Shown here: positions 34,565-42,838 of the stretch, one piece after another | Layout of the letters: every line of letters begins with the position of its first letter | How positions within the stretch are numbered: the stretch's first letter is position 1 | Assembly: GCA_964385885.1 (NCBI GenBank) | Contig: CAYLRT010000012.1 | Span: 1 to 45,425 of the forward strand | Reading direction: 5' to 3' | Origin: an uncultured Anaerolineales bacterium | GTDB taxonomy: Bacteria > Chloroflexota > Anaerolineae > B4-G1 > SLSP01 | DNA: 45,425 nt | Program-made: the position numbers and the translations under genes | The notes under the pieces: model-generated | Told to the model about the DNA's origin: nothing | The model's input: the letters and a program-made list of their open reading frames with translations, nothing else | Database searches by the model: none

Positions 34565-36781
34565 ATGAACATTCGAGATCTCACAATGGTAGCGTGGCTA
34601 GTCCCTGCAGGGCCCCTTCTGGCCTTTGTGTTGATAACGTTGGGGGTGCATCGGAGCCGCGGCCTCAGTCGTGTGCTCGCATTGGTAGGCATCTTTGTAG
34701 CCCTGGTGCTATCGATGATCCTGCTCAGTGAGGTGGTGAGGCAGCCCACTGTGCTCGCGTCTTTGGAGAACACGCAAGACGGAAAGCGCCTTTCGTGGTT
34801 TCGAGCTGGGGTGGAGGAGGCCGCCATCGGTGTACAGGTGGACCTCGTCGATGGGGCTGCCCTGGGCATGGTGACAATCGTGTGTCTGATGATCTTTGTC
34901 TACAGCTTGGGGTATATGCATGGAGATCCCAAGACGAGCCGGTTTTTCGCCTATATCTCCCTCTTCGCAGGTGCCATGCTGGGGGCTTTAGTCGTTGACA
35001 ACCTACTAGCCTTCTTCATCTTCTGGGAGATCATGGGCACGTGTTCCTATCTGCTGATCGGTTTCTGGTGGGAGCGAGAGTCGGCTTACAAAGCCGCACT
35101 GAAGGCATTTCTGGTCACTAAGACTGGAGATGCCTTTATGCTGCTCGGTTTGGTTCTTCTGTACAGCCAGGTGGGCACCCTCTCTTACGCGGGACTGTTC
35201 GACCAGGCAACTGTAAGCAAGCTGGCCCAGACTCCGTTCATCGGCGGCGTCTCAGTAGCCACCATGGCAGCTTTGCTGCTGTTTGGTGGTACCATTGGAA
35301 AGAGCGCGCAACTTCCGCTTCATGTGTGGCTTCCTGATGCCATGGAGGGCCCGACTCCCGTGTCCGCCTTGATTCACGCGGCGACCATGGTATCGGCGGG
35401 CGTCTACTTAATGATCCGGGCATATCCACTCCTTGAGGCCTCACAAGCGATGCCGGTGCTGGCCGTTGTGGGTACCGTTACAGCGGTCTATGCTGCGGTT
35501 GTTGCCTTGGCCCAGCGAGACATCAAGCGTGTCTTGGCCTTTTCCACTATCAGTCAGTTGGGCTATATGGTTGCTGCGCTGGGCATTGGTGCATACGCAG
35601 CCAGCGTGTTTCATCTTATCACGCACGCATTCTTCAAAGCCCTGTTGTTCATGGCGGCTGGGTCTGTCATTCATGGCATGGAACATGGTCATCATCAGTT
35701 ACATGGTCATGCCGTACCACAGGGTGAAGCGGACTTCGACCCCAACGATATGGCGCTCATGGGGGGATTGGCATTTCGAATGCCGGTTACCGCGATCACG
35801 TTTCTGATTGGGAGTCTCTCCCTATCGGGTTTCCCTCTGGTGACCGCTGGTTTCTGGTCGAAAGATGAGATCTTGGCCGAGGCTTGGCGATCTAGCCCCT
35901 CTGTTTTCTGGGCGTTGACGGTGACGGCTGGGCTCACGGGGTTTTATGCTGCTCGTCAGATTGGCCTTGTGTTTCTTGGGGCTCCCCGCTCACGGGTGGC
36001 TGTGCACGCTCGAGAAAGCGGCGCAGTCATGGTGCTACCGTTGGTGATCCTGGCCCTCTTCTCAATCAGCCTCGGGTGGTTGGGTATACCGCGGGAGTTC
36101 CCTTTGCTCGGGCGCGTTGTGCCTTTCCACTTCATGGATCTCATAAGTCATTCCATCTCTGTGGGGGAGGACGCCGCCAAGGCTTTGACCGGTGGGAGCT
36201 TCGTCTGGCAGCCCCTGGCCCTTAGCGTTCTCTTCGGCTTGGGCGGGCTTGTCGCGGGATGGTTCGTATACAGCCGGTATTCAGCTAGGGCGGACAATGA
36301 GTTTCGTGACCCCGTAGAGGGGGCGCTAAGCTATCTGCATACAGGGTGGCTGTATCGTGCTATGGTCCACCGGTTTTACTTCGATGAAGCCTACCAGGCG
36401 TTGTTTGTGCGTCCAACGCTTGCGCTTGCAGACGCCATGGCATTGGTGGACCACAGGATTATTGACGGGATTGTGGTCTCCCTCGCTAGTGGTTTCGGCG
36501 GAAGGGGCATCATCTTGCCCGCTGCTCGTGCTGCTGACAGACATCTTTGGGATGGTCTGGTCAATGCTGTGGGAGCGGTCAGTCGTTCTGTGGCCCAGGT
36601 GTCGCTGTTCCTCGATACGGACCTGATTGACGGCGCGGTGAACGCAATTGCTCGCGGAACGCGCACTCTTGGGCGGTGGGTGAGGCGCACCCAGACCGGA
36701 CATCTGCCTGATTATCTTTGGAACGCATTCGCAATCGTGCTTGTTCTCGTTGCCGCTTTGCTTCTATTTCATCGCTTTTGA
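34565..36781 (+). CDS. nuoL: NADH-quinone oxidoreductase subunit L
   Basis: WEIMGTCSYLLIGFWWERESAYKAALKAFLVTKTGD, SAQLPLHVWLPDAMEGPTPVSALIHAATMV, and a C-terminal lateral-helix region. The ATG at 34565 lies after the nuoK stop. Confidence 0.93.
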   Translation: MNIRDLTMVAWLVPAGPLLAFVLITLGVHRSRGLSRVLALVGIFVALVLSMILLSEVVRQPTVLASLENTQDGKRLSWFRAGVEEAAIGVQVDLVDGAALGMVTIVCLMIFVYSLGYMHGDPKTSRFFAYISLFAGAMLGALVVDNLLAFFIFWEIMGTCSYLLIGFWWERESAYKAALKAFLVTKTGDAFMLLGLVLLYSQVGTLSYAGLFDQATVSKLAQTPFIGGVSVATMAALLLFGGTIGKSAQLPLHVWLPDAMEGPTPVSALIHAATMVSAGVYLMIRAYPLLEASQAMPVLAVVGTVTAVYAAVVALAQRDIKRVLAFSTISQLGYMVAALGIGAYAASVFHLITHAFFKALLFMAAGSVIHGMEHGHHQLHGHAVPQGEADFDPNDMALMGGLAFRMPVTAITFLIGSLSLSGFPLVTAGFWSKDEILAEAWRSSPSVFWALTVTAGLTGFYAARQIGLVFLGAPRSRVAVHARESGAVMVLPLVILALFSISLGWLGIPREFPLLGRVVPFHFMDLISHSISVGEDAAKALTGGSFVWQPLALSVLFGLGGLVAGWFVYSRYSARADNEFRDPVEGALSYLHTGWLYRAMVHRFYFDEAYQALFVRPTLALADAMALVDHRIIDGIVVSLASGFGGRGIILPAARAADRHLWDGLVNAVGAVSRSVAQVSLFLDTDLIDGAVNAIARGTRTLGRWVRRTQTGHLPDYLWNAFAIVLVLVAALLLFHRF

Positions 36782-36798
36782 TGGGGAGGATGCTAACA

Positions 36799-38382
36799 AT
36801 GACTTTCCCGATATTGAGTATCACGCTGTTCCTACCCCTGGTTGGCGCGCTCGTGTTACTGCTGCTTCCAAGACGATGGCTGTGGGTGATTCGGGTTATC
36901 GGCATTCTCTTCGCTCTGGCGTCTTTGGTATTGACATTCTATGTGTGGTGGCTGGCTGGCGGTTCATCTTGGTCTTCCCTGCTCTCTGGGGAGAGTCTCT
37001 CAACCATGCAGCTAGTCGAAGATAGATCCTGGATACCCTCCCTTGATCTCCGGTATACCCTGGGTGTGGATGGCTTGAGCGCTCCCATGGTGGCGTTGTC
37101 TGGACTTCTTACGGCGCTGGCGCTCTTCTACAGCGCATTTACTGTTGAGAAGCGGGTGAAGGAGTACTATGTGCTGTTCTTGGTTCTCCTCACGGGGGTC
37201 TTGGGGGTGTTTCTCTCGCTTGATCTCATCCTCTTCTATGTCTTTTGGGAAGTGGGCCTCGTCCCGATGTTCCTCCTGATTGGCATCTGGGGCGGACCCC
37301 GGCGTGAGTACGCAGCGATCAAGTTTTTCCTTTACACACTCGCTGGTAGCGTTTTCGGGTTGCTGGGCATTCTGGCAGTGCATCAGGAGACAGGAACCTT
37401 CAATATGCTTGATGCTGCCGCGGCGCGGCCATTTCTCTCAAATCCAACCTGGGCAACGGTTGTGTTCTGGGCCTTGTTTGTGGCATTTGCTATCAAGATG
37501 CCTGTCTTCCCCTTCCACACCTGGCTACCTGACGCGCACACTGAGGCCCCGACCTCAGGCAGTGTCCTGCTCGCGGGCATCATGTTGAAGTTGGGTAGTT
37601 ACGGTATGATGCGCATTGCCTTTCCCCTCTTCCCAGAGCGATTCTATCATTTCTCTGTGGAAGTGCCGGTCATCACGGTCATGGCACTGATGAGTATTGT
37701 CTATGGAGCGATCGTTTGCCTGGCTCAATGGGATCTGAAGCGGCTCGTCGCGTATTCGTCGGTGGCACACATGGGCTATGTAACGCTGGGCCTGGCGGCT
37801 GCCGCCGCGGCATGGCCCTTGGGGCCGGGCAGTAGCTCGGGTGCTGGCTGGCCATCGGCCTCTGTGTTCAATGCGGCTGCCTGGAGCCTGACGGGAGCAG
37901 CTCTGCAACAGTTCTCTCATGGAGTGGTGACAGGTGCGATGTTCTTCCTGGTGGGCATGCTCTATGAGCGTGCCCACACGAGAGACCTAAAGGCATTCGG
38001 TGGGTTGGCCTCGGTTATGCCCCATTACTATGGCTTGACTCTGGTCACTGCTTTTGCCTCACTGGGTCTGCCCGGTTTGATTGGGTTCTGGAGTGAGTTA
38101 TTTGTCTTCCGTGGTACGATCCATCTCCTGCCGGTCGTCGCGTTCCTTGGTATCGTTGGAATCGTGTTTACAGCGGGTTACGTATTGTGGAAAATCGTGC
38201 AGTTCCTGTTCTTGGGCACGCTCGATCAACAGCGTTGGGGGACATTGAGAGATCTCGCATGGTGGGAAAAGGTTACCGTGTGGCCTCTGGCTGTGCTCAT
38301 GGTGGTGTTGGGTGTCTACCCCGCGCCTCTCATCGATACGTTTAGCGCTGCGCTGGCGGCGTTACTCCACGGGCTCTCGTAG
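36799..38382 (+). CDS. nuoM: NADH-quinone oxidoreductase subunit M
   Basis: FYVFWEVGLVPMFLLIGIWGGPRREYAAIKFFLYTLAGS and FPFHTWLPDAHTEAPTSGSVLLAGIMLK. GGGGAGGA SD before the ATG at 36799. Confidence 0.93.
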   Translation: MTFPILSITLFLPLVGALVLLLLPRRWLWVIRVIGILFALASLVLTFYVWWLAGGSSWSSLLSGESLSTMQLVEDRSWIPSLDLRYTLGVDGLSAPMVALSGLLTALALFYSAFTVEKRVKEYYVLFLVLLTGVLGVFLSLDLILFYVFWEVGLVPMFLLIGIWGGPRREYAAIKFFLYTLAGSVFGLLGILAVHQETGTFNMLDAAAARPFLSNPTWATVVFWALFVAFAIKMPVFPFHTWLPDAHTEAPTSGSVLLAGIMLKLGSYGMMRIAFPLFPERFYHFSVEVPVITVMALMSIVYGAIVCLAQWDLKRLVAYSSVAHMGYVTLGLAAAAAAWPLGPGSSSGAGWPSASVFNAAAWSLTGAALQQFSHGVVTGAMFFLVGMLYERAHTRDLKAFGGLASVMPHYYGLTLVTAFASLGLPGLIGFWSELFVFRGTIHLLPVVAFLGIVGIVFTAGYVLWKIVQFLFLGTLDQQRWGTLRDLAWWEKVTVWPLAVLMVVLGVYPAPLIDTFSAALAALLHGLS

Positions 38383-38396
38383 TAGGGAGGCTTGCC

Positions 38397-39926
38397 GTGC
38401 GGTTATCAGAGGACCTACGATATCTTCTCCCGGCGCTTTTGCTCGCGGGCACAGCGATTGCAGTTCTGTTGATGGACATCATGCCTCGCAGGGGTGGGCA
38501 GGATGATGATGCGTCTACCCGAGAAGCGCGACGCACCCGGGGGTTCTGGTGGCTGTCAGTGTGTGGCACACTGCTCACCATGGTGGCGATCTTGTGGCTC
38601 AGTGTCCCTATGTTCCAGTTGGACGACAGTACCTCACACCGGGTCCTGGGAATGATGGTGTTTGACCCTTTGGCGGGTTATGGCTGGCTGCTTCTTGATG
38701 GCGCGCTCCTGTTTCTTCTGGGGATGGGGCGATCCTATGTAGCCCATCGGATTGCCGAACCCGGATTGTTCTATGCTATGATGTTGCTTTTTGGTGCGGC
38801 GGCGTTTCTGCTTGTTGCAGCAACTAATACTATTATGCTTCTTCTCACCCTCGATTTTGTGAGTTTGCTGGGTTATGCGCTCACGGGCTTCCTTCATGAC
38901 GACCTGCGATCTACAGAGGGGGCGCTCAAGTATCTGGTCTATGGGGCGGTGCTCTCTGCTGTCATGGCGCTGGGGCTTGCCTGGTTGTATGGCATGACTG
39001 GATCCACTGACTACACCCAGGTCTCGCGAGCGCTGGCTGAAGGCCTGTGGCCCTGGTCAACGACCCGGCTCGTTCCCGCTGGGGCCCTGATCCCGGTGCT
39101 TGTGTTTGTCTTAACGGGATTTGCGTTCAAACTGGGCGTGGCACCATTTCATCAGTGGGTCCCTGATGCTTTTGAGGGAGCTCCGACGCCGGTGACCGCC
39201 ACGCTGGCTGTTCTCCCCAAAATCGCAGGATTTGCCGCTCTCGTACGGCTGACTGTAGTGATGCTGCCGGCAGGGTCAGAGCTGGCGCACATCTGGAGGA
39301 GTCCACTCATTCTCTCCCTTTCGTCCCTGGGAATGCTGGTCGGGAATCTGGCGGGCTTGTGGCAGAATAACATCAAACGTCTGATGGCTTACTCTGGCAT
39401 CGCACAGGCTGGATACGCTTTGGGTGGGGCCGTGGTTGGGAGTCAGGAAGGATACAGCAGCTTGTTTGTTTACTTGACGGCCTACACCATCGCAGAGCTG
39501 AGCATTTTCGCCGCGATCACTGTGGTGTCAGACGAGTTTGGTCTTGATGAGATCGATGATTATCGAGGTTTGTATCGACGGGCCCCCCTCTTGGCGGCGG
39601 TCCTTTTGATTGGCCTGCTCTCGCTTTTTGGAATGCCGGGCACAGCAGGCTTTATGGCCAAGTTGTGGCTGTTTTCAGCGGCATTGGATGCTCAACAATT
39701 GTGGTGGCTTGCCTTAGCTGCGGTCAACACCGTGGTCTCGATGGGCTATTATTGGCGTGTGATTCGGGTCGTCATGATGCACACGGATGAAGGCCTTGCC
39801 CCGTTGCCTGTCCCTTGGGCATCGCGGGCCACGCTGGTGCTGACATCATTGGTGGTGCTTGGCCTGGGGATTTTCCCAGGTACTATCATGCACTGGGCGC
39901 ATATCGCGGTAGCTGCGCTTTTCTAG
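38397..39926 (+). CDS. nuoN: NADH-quinone oxidoreductase subunit N
   Basis: APFHQWVPDAFEGAPTPVTATLAVLPKIAGFAAL. GGGAGG SD before the GTG at 38397. Confidence 0.92.
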   Translation: MRLSEDLRYLLPALLLAGTAIAVLLMDIMPRRGGQDDDASTREARRTRGFWWLSVCGTLLTMVAILWLSVPMFQLDDSTSHRVLGMMVFDPLAGYGWLLLDGALLFLLGMGRSYVAHRIAEPGLFYAMMLLFGAAAFLLVAATNTIMLLLTLDFVSLLGYALTGFLHDDLRSTEGALKYLVYGAVLSAVMALGLAWLYGMTGSTDYTQVSRALAEGLWPWSTTRLVPAGALIPVLVFVLTGFAFKLGVAPFHQWVPDAFEGAPTPVTATLAVLPKIAGFAALVRLTVVMLPAGSELAHIWRSPLILSLSSLGMLVGNLAGLWQNNIKRLMAYSGIAQAGYALGGAVVGSQEGYSSLFVYLTAYTIAELSIFAAITVVSDEFGLDEIDDYRGLYRRAPLLAAVLLIGLLSLFGMPGTAGFMAKLWLFSAALDAQQLWWLALAAVNTVVSMGYYWRVIRVVMMHTDEGLAPLPVPWASRATLVLTSLVVLGLGIFPGTIMHWAHIAVAALF

Positions 39927-39970
39927 CGCGTTACAGGTTACGCACATTGCACAGGATCCGTCGTGCCGAA

Positions 39971-41641
39971 ATGCAGTTCTCAATGCTATTGAGCGGTCTG
40001 TCGAAGTACTGTCGCTGTCTTGTGGGGGATCGCATACGGCTACTCTCTCCACAGATGACTGAGTCGGTGTCGGGCAGGACGTTTGAGTTTCCCCTGGACA
40101 TTAACTTGATCACAGACGACTCCCGGGAGGTACGACCTGGGGCTTTGTTTGTTGCAGTCCCTGGCGGACTGCACGATGGCCATGTTTTCATTGCGCACGC
40201 GATTCAGAAGGGGGCCGTGGCTGTGGTGGGGGAGTGGCCCATCGAGCGCGTGGCTGGGGAAGTAAGCGATCAAGTCGCTTCGTCTGTGATGGGCTCGGCT
40301 TTGTACGTCCGGGTCCGCTCAAGCCGCCGGGCGTTGGGGTGGCTTCATGCTGCGTGGCATGGGTATCCTTCAAAGCAGATGAGGCTCGTTGGAGTCACAG
40401 GGACTGATGGGAAAACCACCACCACCACGCTTATTCACAGCATTCTCAGCGCAGCCGGCTATCAGGCTGGTATGATCAGTACCGTACGCGCACAGGTCGG
40501 AGAGCGAACGTATGATACCGGCCTGCACACAACGACGCCTGCCGCAGCGCAAATCCAGGCTCTTCTGGCAGATATGGTGCACGGAGGATGTTCGCACGCA
40601 GTGCTGGAGGTCACCAGTCACGGTTTGCACCAACACCGTGTGGCGGGTTGTGTCTTTGATGCGGCCGTGGTGACGAACGTCACCCATGAGCACCTGGACT
40701 ACCATGGCACATGGGAAGCCTATCTGAATGCGAAAGCCAGGCTGTTCCACGCACTGTCAGATCCGATGCCTGAAGGATGGGGGGGCGATGTTAAGTTACC
40801 GGTGGATGAGCGAATCGCGATCTTGAACCGTGACGATGCATCGTTCCAGCGCCTGTCAGCTATTCCTGTGGGTCGGCGGTTGACATACGGCGAGGAGAAC
40901 ACGAAGGCTGATTTCTTCGCCTCTGACCTCAGATTCTCTCCTCAGGGACTGGACTTTCTAATGCACACGCCGGTCGGGGTCGTGCGGATGAAGAGCCCAT
41001 TGGTGGGAAGATTCAATATCAGCAACATCTTGGCGGCCGCGGCCACGGCGATGGGGCTAGGTGTGGACCTAACTACCATAGCAATGGGGGTTGAGCGTGT
41101 GCGCGGTGTGCCGGGTCGCATGGAACGGATCGATGAAGGACAGCCATTCTTGGCCATAGTGGACTTTGCCCACACGCCCAATGCACTGCAACGTGCCCTG
41201 GAGACGGTTCGTCAGATGACGAGAGTGGTAGATGGAAGGGTCATCGTGGTGTTTGGCTCTGCGGGACTCCGGGATCAGGACAAACGATGGATGATGGGAA
41301 GAGTGGCTGGAACGATGGCTGATCGTGTCGTTGTCACCGCAGAGGATCCCCGGACCGAGCCTTTGCCTCAGATCATGCACCAGATCAGGCGAGGCCTTGA
41401 GATGGCTGGGAGGACCGAGGGCCGTGACTTCTGGTTGGTTCCAGATCGGGGTCAGGCGATCAAGACCGCCGTCGACATGGCACGCTCCGGCGACGTTGTC
41501 ATTGTCTGTGGGAAGGGACATGAACAAAGCATGTGCTTCGGCGATGTGGAGTATCCTTGGGATGATCGTGCTGCCATGCGGGCAGCTCTTCGAGGAACTA
41601 CACTAGACACGCTGCCAACTGCCCACAGCGACGGCAAATGA
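39971..41641 (+). CDS. murE: UDP-N-acetylmuramoyl-L-alanyl-D-glutamate--diamino acid ligase (MurE)
   Basis: ITDDSREVRPGALFVAVPG, VGVTGTDGKTTTT (P-loop), DYHGTWEAYLNAKARLF, VDFAHTP and AEDPRTE motifs. The first ATG after the nuoN stop is at 39971. Confidence 0.92.
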   Translation: MQFSMLLSGLSKYCRCLVGDRIRLLSPQMTESVSGRTFEFPLDINLITDDSREVRPGALFVAVPGGLHDGHVFIAHAIQKGAVAVVGEWPIERVAGEVSDQVASSVMGSALYVRVRSSRRALGWLHAAWHGYPSKQMRLVGVTGTDGKTTTTTLIHSILSAAGYQAGMISTVRAQVGERTYDTGLHTTTPAAAQIQALLADMVHGGCSHAVLEVTSHGLHQHRVAGCVFDAAVVTNVTHEHLDYHGTWEAYLNAKARLFHALSDPMPEGWGGDVKLPVDERIAILNRDDASFQRLSAIPVGRRLTYGEENTKADFFASDLRFSPQGLDFLMHTPVGVVRMKSPLVGRFNISNILAAAATAMGLGVDLTTIAMGVERVRGVPGRMERIDEGQPFLAIVDFAHTPNALQRALETVRQMTRVVDGRVIVVFGSAGLRDQDKRWMMGRVAGTMADRVVVTAEDPRTEPLPQIMHQIRRGLEMAGRTEGRDFWLVPDRGQAIKTAVDMARSGDVVIVCGKGHEQSMCFGDVEYPWDDRAAMRAALRGTTLDTLPTAHSDGK

Positions 41642-42820
41642 GTGCTGACCCGCCTGGATGCGAGCATGGATACAGGTCTTGATTCCAACGGCGAAACGTC
41701 GGCGGCACCTGTTGCCTTTAATCGCCCCCCACGAGTTGCCCTGATCCATGATTGGCTCAATCAATACGGTGGCGCAGAACGTGTCCTGGAGACGTTGCAT
41801 GATCTGTTCCCCAATGCCCCTATCTTCACCAGCATCTACTGGCGGGATGGCATGCCCACAGAGTATCGGAGTTGGGATATCCGCACAAGTTGGATGGATC
41901 GCTTGCCAGGAATTCATCACCATCATCAGCTATTCTTTCCCCTATATGCCCTGGCTTTCGCCCGCCTGAGGATAAAGCTCTCTGAATACGATCTGGTATT
42001 GAGCAATAAGAGCGGCTTTTGCCACGGCGTCCGCACTGAAGGGCTTCCTCATCTTTGCTATTGTCTGTCGCCCACGCGCTACGTTTGGCAGTTTGACCAC
42101 TATGCGGCGCGAGAGGCATTGCCAGCCTCCGTGAAACTTGCACTTAGACCTGTCGTAGCCGCGCTACGCCGGTGGGATTTCTATGTGGCCCAACGTCCGG
42201 AGATGCGGTTCGTCGCAATTTCCAGCGAAATCCATGACCGGGTCGCCCGATTCTACCAGCGTGACTCTCAGATTGTCTATCCTCCTGTCGATGTGGAACG
42301 TTTCCAGCCGCGGGAGAGCCACGAGGACTACTATTTGGTGGTCTCACGACTGATACCTTACAAACGTATTGACCTGGCAGTCGAAGCTTTCACCAGGATG
42401 GGGCTGCCCCTCATTGTAGTTGGCACCGGGAGAGAACGAGCGGCATTGGAATCGATGGCCGGCCCCAATGTGCGTTTTCTAGGCCGGGTGCCAGACAAAG
42501 CCCTTCCTGATCTGTACGCGCGCTGCAAGGCGTTCGTGTTTCCCGGCTATGAGGACTTTGGACTTGCTCCTGTGGAAGCACAAGCTGCAGGGAGACCGGT
42601 GATCGCATACCGCGCCGGTGGAGCGTTGGACACAGTGGTCGATGGGGTAACGGGGACATTCTTTGCCGAGCAGACACCTGAAGCACTGATTGAAGCGGTA
42701 CAGACCTTTGATGCCGAGGGTGTGGACCCCAACGCATGTCGACGAAACGCCGAGAGGTTCTCTGTGGCACAATTTCGGTCTGAAATGACGCAACTTGTGG
42801 CGCAGATACTGGTCCGATAG
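41642..42820 (+). CDS. glycosyltransferase, GT4-type (GT-B fold)
   Basis: VALIHDWLNQYGGAERV at the N-terminus and the EDFGLAPVEAQAAGRPVIAYRAGGALDTVVDGVTG (E-x7-E region) motif. GTG at 41642 directly after the murE stop; alternative ATG at 41666. Confidence 0.88.
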   Translation: MLTRLDASMDTGLDSNGETSAAPVAFNRPPRVALIHDWLNQYGGAERVLETLHDLFPNAPIFTSIYWRDGMPTEYRSWDIRTSWMDRLPGIHHHHQLFFPLYALAFARLRIKLSEYDLVLSNKSGFCHGVRTEGLPHLCYCLSPTRYVWQFDHYAAREALPASVKLALRPVVAALRRWDFYVAQRPEMRFVAISSEIHDRVARFYQRDSQIVYPPVDVERFQPRESHEDYYLVVSRLIPYKRIDLAVEAFTRMGLPLIVVGTGRERAALESMAGPNVRFLGRVPDKALPDLYARCKAFVFPGYEDFGLAPVEAQAAGRPVIAYRAGGALDTVVDGVTGTFFAEQTPEALIEAVQTFDAEGVDPNACRRNAERFSVAQFRSEMTQLVAQILVR

Positions 42821-42838
42821 TGCACGAAAGGCGGATCG

